From the NCBI GenBank assembly GCA_965202585.1, contig OZ241829.1, forward strand, positions 65,782,001 through 65,846,000: 64,000 nucleotides of DNA. Direction: 5' to 3'. Source of the DNA: Thalia democratica (Eukaryota). The notes under the pieces were generated by a model that was given only the letters and a program-made list of their open reading frames with translations, did not search any database and was not told the origin of the DNA. Position 1 is the stretch's first letter; each line of letters starts with the position of its first letter. Both the position numbers and the translations under genes were made by a program. Of this stretch, positions 13,325 through 26,900 are shown in pieces.

Positions 13325-15871
13325 TCATTCTAATTAATCTTGTAACGTTTATATACTTAGTTTTTATCATCATGTTATGAATATTTGTTGCTTTACCATC
13401 ACATAAAACCCATTAGAAAATGAACAATTTTCTCTGATACAAGGAGATTTTTTCAAATAAGAACTCTTATTTTGTGAAATAAAGCGACATTAAAAAAAAA
13501 TAAAGTATTTAAGCACAGACTAAACTCTTCTAAGTTAAGCCAGTTAATGTTATTCTTTTGAAAACTTAATATACGTGTTTACAATAAGAAGTTTTGTATA
13601 CAATTATTTTTTTTGTTTACAATCATATTCTAAACTGAGAAAACAAAATACTTAATTTTTATAGTATAAAATAAAAGCCGAAAAAGTGGTTAATGGCTAC
13701 AGCGAACAAACAACTTTGTGGTTGTTGCAATATAAACATAACAATTGAAATACATACTGAAATATGGAATTACAAGTAAAAACTAAACAGATACTTATTG
13801 GTATAACAATTATAATAATATATAGTGTAATTGTTGCTCGACACTTCTTTTACAAATAGTCAAAGAACATCTTTCTTCAAGTGTTAATTAATAGAACTCT
13901 GTCTTAAAATTACATTAGCAAATTCACTAACAGTATAAATAGCATATAAGAATGTAAACTTTCTTTAATTTCAAAATTGTTTGTTATGATTCTATTAACA
14001 ATAATATGAATGTGTTGAAAACTAAGTTTAGTAGGTTATCTTAGTTATGGTAATGAAAACTTTATTTTAAGGTAATTATAAAGTTGAATTCTTTAAAAAA
14101 ATAAACTTATACTTTTCAAAACTTCATAGTGAAAAAAAAAAGTTTTTTACAGATGAACTAAAGCTTTGTCAAAGGTTAATAGACTAAAACAGAAACGATT
14201 TACTACTTGCGATTTTTTAAAAGCTGAAAATTAGCTTAAGTTATGTAGTAAAAACAGTTTGATATAAGTAATTTTACTTTGATAAAGTTGTTTTTTACCT
14301 TGAGACAAATACTTCTAAACAAATAGATAACTTTAAGTGTAAAACCAGTAATTAATCAAAAATAAAACAAAAGCTTTATTCATTTTATTGAGTTTTTTTT
14401 TGAAAACTTGTAATCTAAAATTTAATAAAAATATCAACTTTCTTTGCTTTAAGTTCTTGAACTTTTTGTTTTAAACAATTAATCAGCTTGAATTCATACT
14501 ATATTATTTACAAAATAAAGTAATTTATTTTAGGCAAGTGATACAGAGTCAATTTTTTAATAACACAGCTTTTTTCGTTTTGTTTTATTTCATGTTTGAG
14601 CAATGTTTTTGTAATATTGATTTTCGTAAGGACTTATTTTGCAATAAACTTAAAACTTTTATAATGTTTGGAAATCTCCTTTGAAAATATTTTTCCGTGG
14701 TGAATTTAAAAATTAAAACTAGTCTAATGTTTTTTTTCTTAAAAATAAATTGCTTTTTAAGCTTATCAGTGGAAGAATTTTTTTAAGAAAGTTGTTAAAG
14801 TGAAAATGTTGTTAAAAAATACTTTCAAAAAATTCTCTACAATAGTAAGTAACTTAAAAAAAACTTATAATGAAAATGCAGTTTGTAAGCTATTAAATAA
14901 ACTAAGCAAGGAAAAATATGTCTCAAACAATATTATAAAAATAACTATATTTTTTGATCTTAAGTAATGTTGTACTTTACTAAACTTATTTAACTAGTAA
15001 CTATTACTTTTTGTTTTAGAACTTTATCGTAAAAGAGATATTGTTTTAAATAAATTACAAATGAATTAACATTAATTTTAATCAAATATTTTAAACTCTA
15101 CTTACAAGGAAAATGATTTTAAAGAACTTTTTGAAAGTTTTTTTTGTTTTTTGACTATAAAAATGATTGTAAAATATTTTTGCTGTGTATTAGTAAAAAC
15201 CGTTAGCTTAAACAACTTTGTTTAACTATTTAATTACAAATCTAGAATATCAATTAAAAACTAAATGCCACAAGGCTAATTTTTTCGTAAAAAATATCTA
15301 AAAATTTTAAATGCTCGTTTTGACCTAAAACTATGAAAAAATCGTTTAAAAGGGTGTGCTTTTTTTAAATTTATATTTCTTTATCTTTTTTAATATTAAA
15401 TTTAGAGTAGAATATTAAGTTATCGTCATTATTATATTTATCGTTAATTTAAGAAAAAAAATATTTTACCTTATAGTAAATAAGATTCATACCAAAGATA
15501 GTTATACAGTGTTAATTAACTTCTAAATTTATAGTTGTTTGAATTAAGATACGATAACTCAGTTTTAAGAAATATTCTGTTAACTTATTAAATACTTTAA
15601 GATTACGAGAATCTAATAAAGAAACAAAGACTTTATAGTGTAAGCTTTACGCGGTTAAACTTTGCAGATTCTATTTCATTTTAACATTTTTATAAAAAAT
15701 GAATTAAGTCTCTACTAAATAGTTTTTTGGACCTGGTTTGAAATTATAAAGTTTTAAAATTCTGAAGTTGACTCAAGCTTGACAAAGATAAACACAAGTT
15801 TGTAAACATTTGGAGGGAAAATTTATAAGAACTGAAGAAACAGGTCTGTAATTTTATATTATTTATATTTA

Positions 15872-16268
15872 CAGGGTTGCAACTTTACCTGGAAACCTGG
15901 AATTTGACAATTTAGGCAACAAAACCTAGAATTTGAGAATTTTTGAAAAAAACCTGGAATTTTGAAAAAAAATCACTAAAAAACCTGGAATTTTAAACAA
16001 GTTTTACATGTTAAGTAGAAAAATCTAGATTTGACAGAAAAATTCTACCCTAAAAATAAAAGTTTTTTGTCATTATCAAATTTTTTTTATTCAAAAGAAC
16101 ATTTAAATTAGCTTTACCATATCTTTTCAATATTTTTTACTATTTAAAACATTTTTTACCTCAAACTTAATTTTAAACTAAAAATAGACTCTAAAAGGGT
16201 ACTTTTAAAAAACTGAAGGAAGTTTTGAAAACCTTGAAAAAATTTTGAAAAAAAAAGTGGCAACCCTG
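15872..16268. mobile_element. MITE, family A (TIR CAGGGTTGC...GCAACCCTG), about 397 bp
   Basis: Terminal inverted repeats and an AT-rich interior with repeated aaaacctggaattt motifs. No clear TSD. The counterpart in copy 2 (from ~56,185) has lost the right TIR. Confidence 0.75.
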
Positions 16269-16564
16269 AGTTTAAAAAAAATGGTCATGCTTAACTTTAG
16301 ATGAGGACACTTTGGTTCAATATACAGGAAATTCTCAGCATTATTTTCAATGATATTCAATTTTATTTTAAAATTTATTCATATTAATTATTTATATTAC
16401 TGAATGTAATTTTAGCTGGCACTTTAGGTGGCTTTTCAACAATGCAACTTTCTAATTACAAAGTTTTTGTATGTTTTTTTGTATTCTAATGACAAAAATT
16501 TTATTAAAGTTAGCTTGAATTAAAACATCAAAATCAACTTTTTCTGTGAAATAATTGGTAGTTA

Positions 16565-17000
16565 CCTGGCATGATGTTGCATTAATATCGAACTGAATCT
16601 ATATATTGAAAATAACCATAGTTTTAGGCTAAATATGACATTTAAAAAAATAAAAAATAAAATCAAACTTTTTATTTATCATAAAGTAATAAAACTTGAT
16701 TATGCAATGATGCTATGAGCATGATATTGCTATGATTTAACATTATAAATCGATCATATAAATACAATGTTTATTTTTTATATCACTACAAATCTAAAAA
16801 AAAAAATGACTAAATGTTTAGTTTTATTAGTTTATTAAAAACAAATTTAATTCAACTTATGTATTTATAAAGCTTGGTTAAAATAAAGTATTTTTTCAGA
16901 ATATATTAAGCTTTAAACATAGTTTTCAGCCTAAAATTATGGTTAAAATGAACATTGAAATTAATTTATTTTCAGTTTGATATTGGTGCGACAGTAAATA
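16565..17000. mobile_element. MITE, family B (TIR about ACCTRGGATGATGTYGCAYYAATATCAAGCTGAA), degenerate right end
   Basis: 16,565-16,640 is the reverse complement of the sequence type found at 16,920-16,995, 18,060-18,137 and 19,210-19,286. Confidence 0.55.
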
Positions 17001-17719
17001 GTTACTAAATATTTTTACCTATTTTAAATTCCTAATGTTATGATCTTTTAAAGTATACAAGATTATTTAAAAGTATTTTTACAGTTTTCACCTTTTAGTA
17101 CATAAATTTTCAAGTTTTGATAATCTCAGGCTGAATCATAAAGATATTGAGTAAAATTTTTCAGGCTAGTTAAAACATTTTTGATAGTGTTTGCTTACAT
17201 AATTATAGTACAATTACATTATCTTTTTATTAATATAGCATTGTTTGAAAAAACATCTTTTATTTTAGATTTAAAGTTATATAAATAAAGACAAGAAAAA
17301 TTTAAAAATCCTGGCAGAATATTTAAAAACTTAAAACATAGTTCTAAAAAGCCAGTGGCCATCCTGTTAAGACATAAATTTCAGACATTTAAGGGTTTAA
17401 ACATTTTGTCATTAGGTTATTTTTAGTAGCTTTTTTCATTATACAGTTTTTATGATAAGTTTCTAATTTTAAACAATATATTAATACTATCAATTGCTTA
17501 ATATTTAAACTACTGCAGATCCACTGCTCTAATACCATTTATGACTAATAATTTAAACAAATTTATTACTATATAATTTTAGACTTAAAATAAAGGTTGA
17601 TGACAGTATTAATATTTAAATAAGTTAAAAAAAAAGGGTATAAAAGAATAATGTAATTACATAGAGTTGCACTGTTGTTTTGTATTTTGTTTTCATCTGT
17701 CTTTACTAGTTTTGGTATT

Positions 17720-18137
17720 TACCTGGGATGATGTCCACCAATATCAAGCTGAAATTGTATTGTATTCGATGTCTTTTAAAAACAATTTTAAAATAAGAAT
17801 TTATATTTTATACATACAAAAAATCATTTAAACTTATTTATCATAAACTAATAATACTGAAAGATTTGAACACTTTTATTTAAAATGTAAAGCGATTATA
17901 TAAATGAATTAGTTTATATCGATTACAATAATACTGTGATATAAAATCTATTAAATATTATAGTATGTAATAAATTTAATTATTTCTAATAAATAATGTA
18001 GCTAGTTCAAAACAAAGTATCTTTTTAGATTAAACATAATAGGTTTGAAACATTGATATTTAGCTTAAAAGTATGGTAAAATAGATATCGAATATAGTAT
18101 AATTTCAGCTTGATATTAGTGCGACATCACCCTAGGT
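17720..18137. mobile_element. MITE, family B
   Basis: Left end acctgggatgatgtccaccaatatcaagctgaa and right end ttcagcttgatattagtgcgacatcaccctaggt are imperfect inverted repeats. Confidence 0.65.
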
Positions 18138-18349
18138 CAGGGGTTGGCAGATCAAAAAAGGAACGTTTTTTATGTGGTTTCAAAAAACACATTTAAAGAT
18201 AATTTTTTGATCATTAAAAATTTAGGCGATAGATAATCCTTTAAAGATAACACTGTAATTTATTTTTTGTTTTTTGAGAATGTTAATATATCAAACAAGT
18301 TGAAAAAAAAACTTAATGCGGATCGCGGACCGCAGTTTGCCAACCCCTG
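18138..18349. mobile_element. hAT-type MITE, 212 bp, inserted at the end of a family-B MITE
   Basis: TIR CAGGGGTTGGCA/TGCCAACCCCTG with an 8-bp TSD ccctaggt/ccctagat. The paralogous empty site tcctaggtagttac lies at ~19,279-19,292. Confidence 0.85.
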
Positions 18350-18795
18350 CCCTAGATAGTTACTCATATTTATAGTAGAATTTCATTATCTTTTTATTAA
18401 TATAGCACTGTTTAAAAAATAATTTAGTTTTAGATTTAAAGTTATCTAAAAATGACAAGAGAAGTTTTAAAATCCTGGCAGAAAATCTAAAAACTTAAAA
18501 GATAGTTCTGTAAAGCTAGTTGCAATCCTGTTTAGACATAAACTTGGATTTTATTTGTCATTAGGTTATTTTAGGTAGCTCTTTTCATTATATAGTTTAT
18601 ATGATAAGTTTCTAATTTTAATAATATATTAATATTATCAGTTGCTTAATATTTAAACTACTGCAGATTCACTACTCTAATACCATTTATGACTAATAAT
18701 TTAAACAAATTTATTACTATATAATTTTAGACTTGAAATAAAGGTTGATGACAGTATTAATGTTTAAATAAGCTAAAAAAAGGAATAAAAGGATA

Positions 18796-20944
18796 ATGTA
18801 ATTACATAGAGTTGCACTGTTGTTTTGTATTTTGTTTTTATCTGTCTTTACTAGTTTTGGTAATTACCTAGGATGATGTCCACCAATATCAAGCTAAATT
18901 TATATTACATTCGATGTCTTTTTTAACTATAATTTTTACATAAAAATTTCTACTTTACATACACAAAAATATAATCTAATTTATTTATCATCAAATAATA
19001 AAACTAAAAAATTTGATCTTTTTTATTTACAATATCAAGCGATTATATAAATGAAATAATTTGTATCAATTAAGATGTTGTGAGATGAAATCGATTAAAT
19101 ATTTAAGTATGTACTAATTTATTTTTATTCATACTATTAATTTTCGTAGCCAGTTTGAAACAAAGTATCTTTTTAGATTAAACATAATAGGTTTAAAACA
19201 TTGGTTTTTAGCTTAAAAATGTGGTTAAAAAAACGTCGAATATAGTATATATTTCAGCTTAATACTGGTGCAACATCATCCTAGGTAGTTACCCTTATTT
19301 CATTTTACTAATTTTAAAAATTTAAAGGAATATTTAAGATTTGTTAGAACAAATTAAAAAAATTTAATTAGTTGCTTTAAAAAAACTCAAAATGAAAGTA
19401 TAAATCTGTGCCAACAAGGTATTTGAAATTTAGGTACATAGACTATATTTGTGTTTTAAATGATTTTATTAGTTTAGAAAACATAATAACACGTACAGAA
19501 GTTTTAAAAGTCATTTGCTGATTAAATATAAAACCAATAAAAATTCATTTTGAACGAATTTGTAATCTTGCCATTGTGTACTAATGGTTTAATAAATTGT
19601 TAGTACAGTCTGGCTCAAGTAAAACACCTTAATACTAACAGCCTGAAGGAATTGAGCAGTGCTTTTTGGAATCAGTTATATTCATGAATGAAGACGATGA
19701 AGCACTTTCGGACGCATTCGAGATAATTTACCCTGAAAATGTTGTACCAGGATGCGAAAGAGCGTCGCTGTACATTTACGGTAGGATTGGTTAAATACAG
19801 AACTTTCCATAAAATTTTAGACAAATTACTTATTTAAAAAAAATAATATATAGTATGGTCTATTACAAAAGATAATTCTTTATAGTTTTAAATATATAAA
19901 CCAAAGTTAACTATTATAACTATCCTGAAATAAGTTAATAACAAATACATTTAAAACATATAAATTAAATTACCACACTAGATAGTTTTGTATAATTATT
20001 TATTTTTCGGTTGTTTACGAAAGACTTTTGTTAACTTTTTTGATTAGTTTTGCTCAATAAAACAGCAGTTTTTTATTGATTACAGCTTGATACTTTTAAT
20101 ATCCCTAACTCTTTATTTCTTTTTAACATTTGTTATTGCTTGTAATCAAGTACTCTAAATCTACTTACAGGGTTGTCACTTTACCTGGAAACATTGAAAA
20201 ACCTGTAATTTTGAAGAAAATCACTAAAAAACCTAGAATTTTAAACAATTTTTACATGTTATGTCGAAAAATCTTGATATGACGCAACAAATTTATCATA
20301 TATATAATTTTTTTGATCATCATCAAAAATTTCCATTCAAAAACACATTTAAAGTAGCTTAACCGTATATTTTTAATGTTTTTATACTATTTAACACAGT
20401 TTTTACCTTAAACTCAATTTTAAACTAAAGATAAACCGAAAAATGTGTACTTTTCAAAACTTGGAGGAAATTCTGAATACCTGGATATTTTTTTTTAAAT
20501 GACTGATAACCCTGTACTAACTAACTATTAGCTCATCCAGATCCGCCTTAACTGCGTTGTTAAACTAAGATGGTTTTTATATCGTTAGTGATTGTTTCAA
20601 AATTTATTCATTAAGAAAAAGCCGTTTGCTCATTGATAATGTAATAAATGATGAAAACTTTGTGAGTAAATTATTAGACAATTTATTTTAGAGCTCTAAA
20701 GCTTTTTTGATTGAACAAAATTAATTAACTGTCTGAAAGAATATTAACAGAAATTTGTTCTGATCCCGGATGTACGGCTTACTTGAATTTATTCATCTAC
20801 TTTAAGGTATAATTGGTTTAGTTAAATACATTTTTGTGATGTCACAATTCAGAATACTTCCTCAGTTTTCGATATCAGTCGTTTTCTAATTGGGACTTGT
20901 ATCATTTTTATGGTGTCATTTTAATGGTGTTGTTTTCAGAATAA
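18796..20944 (+). pseudogene. Putative small secreted or membrane protein gene model (signal exon plus array unit 1), with a stop at codon 2
   Basis: Phase-compatible GT-AG join of 18796-18859, 19442-19509, 19642-19780, 20570-20665, 20751-20806 and 20879-20944 gives M*LHRVALLFCILFLSVFTSFDYICVLNDFISLENIITRTEVLKPEGIEQCFLESVIFMNEDDEALSDAFEIIYPENVVPGCERASLYIYDGFYIVSDCFKIYSLRKSRLLIDNVINDENFVKICSDPGCTAYLNLFIYFKSFSNWDLYHFYGVILMVLFSE*. Splice sites were chosen by eye. Only the 139-nt exon is strongly supported. Confidence 0.4.
18866..19286. mobile_element. MITE, family B
   Basis: Ends acctaggatgatgtccaccaatatcaagct and cagcttaatactggtgcaacatcatcctaggt. Confidence 0.65.
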
Positions 20945-23900
20945 CAAATTATTTTTATTCTATCTTTCAGAAAATTCAAAAATGTATATAACTAAGAATA
21001 AGTTTTTGAATAATTTTTTAGTTACACTGGTTTTTGCATTTTTAAACATTTGTCTGTGTTTTTTAATCAACTGTAATTGATTGTACATACAAGACACGGC
21101 TTAATTGCATTTTATAAAAATAAGTTTTCAAATTTAAAAAAAAATCAAAATTGAAGAATAAACCTTTTCCAACAAAGTATTTGAAATTTAGTTACAAAGA
21201 TTACTAGATTTGTGTTTTAAATGATTTTATTAGTTTAGAAAACATAATAACCCGTACAGAAGTTTTAAACGTAGTTTTCTGATTAAAAATAAGACCAGTA
21301 TCAATTCATTTTGAACGAATTTGTAATCTTGCCATTGTATACTAATGGTTTAATAAATTGTGTGTACAATCTGGCTCAAGTAAAACACCTTAATACTAAC
21401 AGCCTGAAGGAATTGAGCAGTGCTTTTTGGAATCAGTTATATTCATGAATGAAGACGATGAAGCACTTTCGGACGGATTCGAGATAATTTACCCTGAAAA
21501 TGTTGTACCAGGATGCGAAAGAGCGTCGCTGTACATTTACGGTAGGATTTGTTAAATTCAGAACTTTCCATTAAATTTTAGATAAATATCTTATTTAAAT
21601 AACGTCTAAAACCTTAAAATAATATATTATTTAGTATAACCTATTACAAAAGATAATTGTTTATAGTTTTAAATATATAAAGCAAATTTAACCATTATAA
21701 CTATCCTGAAATAAGTTAATAAAAAATACATTAAAAACATAAAAATCAAATTACCACACTAGATAGTTTTGTATAATTATTTATTTTTTGGTTGTAAACA
21801 AAAAACTTTTGTTCGCTTTTTCGATTAGTTTTTCCCAATAAAACAGCAGTATTTTACTGAGTACAGCTTGATACTTTTTATCTATCTTGCTCAATATTTC
21901 TTTTTAACGTTTGTTATTGCTTGTAATCAAGTACTCTCAAATCTACTTACAGGTTTGCCACTTTATCTGATAATATAAAAAAACCTGGAATTTTGAAGAA
22001 AAATCACCAAAAAACCTGGAATTTTAAACAATTTTTTAATGTTATGTCGAAGAATCTTGATATGACGCAAAAAAAATTATAATATAGAATTTTTTTTGGT
22101 CATCATCAAAAATTTTCATTTAAAAACACATTTAAAGTAGCTTAACCGTATGTTTTTAATGTTTTTATACTATTTAACACAGTTTTTACCTCAAACTCAA
22201 TTTTAAACTAAAGATAAACCGAAACATGTGTACTTTTCAAAACTTGGAGGAAATTCTGGAAACCTGGATATTTTTTTTTAAATGACTGATAGCCCTGTAC
22301 TAACTAACTATTAGCTCATCAAGATCCGTCTTAACTGCGTTGTTAAACTAAGATGGTTTTTATATCGTTAGTGATTGTTTCAAAATTTATTCATTAAGAA
22401 AATGCCGTTTGCTCATTGATAACATCAATAAATTATGAAAAATTTTTGAGTAAATAGTTTGGTTTGTATTTTATTAGACAGTTTATTTCTGAGCTCTAAA
22501 GCTTTTTTGACGGAACAAAATTATTTAACTGTCTGAAAGAATAATAACAGAAATTTGTTCTGATCCCGGATTTACGGCTTACTTGAATTTCTTTATCTAC
22601 TTTAAGGTATAATTGGTTTAGTTAAATACATTTTTGTGACGTCATAATTCAGAATACTTCCTCAGTTTTCGATATCAGTCGTTTTCTAATTGGGACTTGT
22701 ATCATTTTTACGGTGTCATATTAACGGTGTTGTTTTTGAGAAAAACATAAATTATTTTTATTCTATCTTTCAAAAAACTCGAAAATGTAAATAGTTAAGA
22801 ATAAGTTTTTGAATAATTCAGTAGTTACACTGGTTTTTGCATTTTTAAACATTTGTCTGTGTTTTTTAGTTACTGTAATTGATTATACATACAAGACACG
22901 GCTTAACTACATTTTATAAACATTAGTTCTGTAATTAAAAAAAAAATCAAAGTTGAAGAATAAACCTTTTCCAAAAAAGTATTTGAAATTTAGTTACATA
23001 GATTACTATATTTGTGTTTTAAATGATTTTATTAGTTATGATAAGATAATAACCCGTACAGAAGTTTTAAAAGTAATTTAATAATTAGAAATAAGACTTA
23101 TAAAAATTCATTTTGAACGAATTTGTATTATTGCCATTGTGTACTAATGGTTTAATAAATTGTGTGTACAATCTAGCTCAAGTAAAACACCTTAATACTA
23201 ACAGCCTGAAGGAATTGAGCAGTTCTTTTTGGAATCAGTTATATTCATTAATGAAGACGATGAAGCACTTTCGGACGCATTCGAGATAATTTACCCTGAA
23301 AATGTTGTACCAGGATGCGAAAGAGCGTCGCTGTACATTTACGGTAGGATTTGTTAAATACAGAACTTTCCATTGATTTTTAGACAAATAACTTATTTAA
23401 ATAAAATATTATATAGTGTGGTCTATTACAAAAGATAACTCTTTATAGTTTTAAATATATAAATCAAAGTTAACCATTATAACTATTCTGAAATAAGTTA
23501 ATAACAAATACAAACATGTATATAAATTACCACACTAGATAGTTTTGTATAATTATTTGTTTTTCGGTTGTTTACGAAAAACTTTTGTTAGCTTTTTCGA
23601 TTAGTTTTGCTCAATAAAGTAGCAGTTTTTTATAGATTACAGCTTGATACTTTTCATTTACCTTACTCTATTTCTTTTTAACGTTTGTTATTGCTCGTGA
23701 TCAAGTACTCTCAAATCTACTTACAGGTTTCCCATTTTACCTGGAAACATAGAAAATCCTGTATTTTTGAATAAAAATCACTAAAAAACCTGAATTTTTA
23801 ATTAATTTTTACATGTTAAGTAGAAAAATTTATCACTTAAATAATTTTTTGGTCATCATCAATTTTTTTTATTCATAAACAAATTCAAAGTAGCTTTACA

Positions 23901-26900
23901 GTATGTTTTCAATGCTTTTATACTAGTTGACAAAGTTTTTTTTACCTTAAAATTAACTTGAAACTAAAAGTACACCCTAATATGTGTACATTTAAAACCT
24001 GTAAAAATTTTGTTAAATGCGGCTGATAACCCTGTACTAACTAACTGTTAGCTCATCAACATTTTTAAGATTTTTCTGTGTTTTTTAATCAACTGTATTT
24101 GATTTTACATACAAGTCTCGGCTTAATTACATTTTATAACTATAGCATTACTAATTAAAGAAAAAATTAAAATGGAAGAATAAACCTTTGCCAACAAGGT
24201 TTTTGAAACTTAGTTACATAGATTACTATATTTGTGTTTTAAATGATTTTATTAGTTTATAAAACATTGTGACACGTACAGAAGTTTTAAAAGTAATTTG
24301 CTGATTGGAAATAAGACCGGTAAAAATTCATTTTGAATGAATTTGTAATATTCCTACTGTACACTAATGGTTTAATAAATTGTGTGTACAATCTGGCTCA
24401 ACTAAATACCTTAATACTAACAGCCTGAAGGAATTGAGAAGTGCTTTTTGGAATCAGTTATATTCATGAATGAAGACGATGAAGCACTTTCGGACGCATT
24501 CGAGATAATTTACCCTGAAAATGTTGTACCAGGATCCGAAAGAGCGTCGCTGTTCATTTACGGTAGGATTGGTTAAATACAGAACTTTCCATTAATTTTT
24601 AGACAAATAACTTATTTAATTAAAATGTTGTAAAGTATATTCTATTACAAAAGATAATTTTTTTTAGTTTTAAATATATAAACCAAAGCTAACCATTATA
24701 ACTATCCTGAAGTAAGTTAATAACAAATACATTAAAAACATATAAATTAAATACAACACTAGATAGTTTTGTATAATTATTTATTTTTTGGTTGTTTACA
24801 AAAAATTTTTACATGTTATGTCGAAAAATCTTGATATGACGCAAAAAAATTATCATATAGAATTTTTTTTGGACATCATCAAAAATTTCCATTTAAAAAC
24901 ACATTTAAAGTAGCTTAACCGTATGTTTTTAATGTTTTTATACTATTTAACGCAGTTTTTACCTTAAACTCAATTTAAAACTAAAAATAGACCGAAAAAT
25001 GTGTACTTTTAAAAACTTAGAGGAAATTCTGAATACCTGGATATTTTTTTTAAATGACTGATAGCTCTATACTAACTAACTATTAGCTCATCCAGATCCG
25101 CCTTAACTGCGTTGTTAAACTAAGATGGTTTTTATATCGTTAGTGATTGTTTCAAAAATTATTCTTTAAGAAAATGCCGTTTGCTCATTGATAATGTCAA
25201 TAAATGATGAAAACTTTGTGAGTAAATAGTTTGGTTTGTATTTTATTAGACAGTTTATTTCTGAGCTCTAAAGCTTTTTTGATTGAACAAAATTATTTAA
25301 CTGTCTAAAATTATAATATTTGGAATTTGTTCTGACCCCGGATTTACGGCTTACTTGAATTTCTTTATCTATTTTAAGGTATTATTGGTTTAGTTAAATA
25401 CATTTTTGTGATGTCATAATTCAGAATACTTCCTCAGTTTTCGATATCAGTCGCTTTCTTTTTGGCACTTGTATCTTTTTTATGGTGTCATATTAACGGT
25501 GTTGTTTTTCAGAATAACAACTTATTTTTATTCTATCTTTCAGAAAATTCGAAAATGTATATAACTAAAAATAAGTTTTTGAATAATTTTGTAGTTACAC
25601 TGGTTTTTGCATTTTTAAACATTTGTCTGTGTTTTTTAATCAACTGTAATTGATTTTACATACAAGTCTCTGCTTAATTACATTTTATAAAAATAAGTTT
25701 TCAAATTAAAAAAAAAAATCAAAATGGAAGAATAAACCTTTTCCAAAAAAGTATTTGAAATTTAGTTACATAGATTACTATATTTGTGTTTTAAATGATT
25801 TTATTAGTTATGATAAGATAATAACCCGTACAGAAGTTTTAAACGTAGTTTTCTGATTAAAAATAAGACCAGTAACTATTCATTTTGAACGAATTTGTAA
25901 TCTTGCCATTGTATACTAATGGTTTAATAAGTTGTTAGTACAGTCTGGCTCAAGTAAAACACCTTAATACTAACAGCCTGAAGGAATTGAGCAGTGCTTT
26001 TTGGAATCAGTTATATTCATGAATGAAGACGATGAAGCACTTTTGGACGCATTCGAGATAATTTACCCTGAAAATGTTGTACCAGGATGCGAAAGAGCGT
26101 CGCTGTACATTTACGGTAGGATTTGTTAAATACAGAACTTTCCATTAAATTTTAGACAAATAACTTATTTAAATAAAATATTATATAGTGTGGTCTATTA
26201 CAAAAGATAACTCTTTATAGTTTTAAATATATAAACCAAATTTAACCATTATAACTATCCTGAAATAAGTTAATAAAAAATACATTAAAAACATATAAAT
26301 CAAATTACCACACTAGATATTTTTGTATAATTATTTATTTTTTGGTTGTAAACAAAAACCTTTTGTTCGCTTTTTCGATTAGTTTTTCTTAATAAAGCAG
26401 CAATATTTTACTGAGTCTAGCTTGGTACTTTTTATCTATCTTGCTCAATATTTCATTTTAACGTTTGTTATTGCTGGTAATCAAGTACTCTCAAATCTAC
26501 TTACAGATTTGCCACTTTATCTGATAATATATAAAAACCTGGAATTTTGAAGAAAAATCACCAAAAAACCTGGAATTTTAAACAATTTTTACATGTTATG
26601 TCGAAAAACCTGGATTTATTATTTTAAATGACTGATAGCCCTGTACTAACTAACTATTAGCTCATCAAGATCCGCCTTAACTGCGTTGTTAAACTAAGAT
26701 GGTTTTTATATCGTTAGTCATTGTTTCAAAAATTATTCTTTAAGAAAATGCCGTTTGCTCATTGATAATGTCAATAAATGATGAAAACTTTGTGAGTAAA
26801 TAGTTTGGTTTGTATTTTATTAGACAGTTTATTTCTGAGCTCTAAAGTTTTTTTAATTGAACAAAATTATTTAACTGTCTGAAAGAATAATAACAGAAAT

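Larger units (their letters stand above)
17210..19300 (+). repeat. Local tandem duplication of two ~1-kb units, each with AT-rich DNA, a signal-peptide-like exon and a family-B MITE
   Basis: ~17,210-18,137 aligns with ~18,370-19,290 (shared aaatcctggcagaa, aaactactgcagat, gttgcactgttgttttgtattttg). Duplicated at ~57,500-59,580. Confidence 0.85.
1..25810 (+). repeat. Copy 1 of a ~40.3-kb tandem segmental duplication (visible part)
   Basis: Position 1 (agatattcaagataaaggtcc) recurs at 40,318 (offset 40,317). Exons, introns, the CBR gene, MITEs and the array are collinear to the window end, and 63,961-64,000 matches ~25,771-25,810. Confidence 0.97.
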
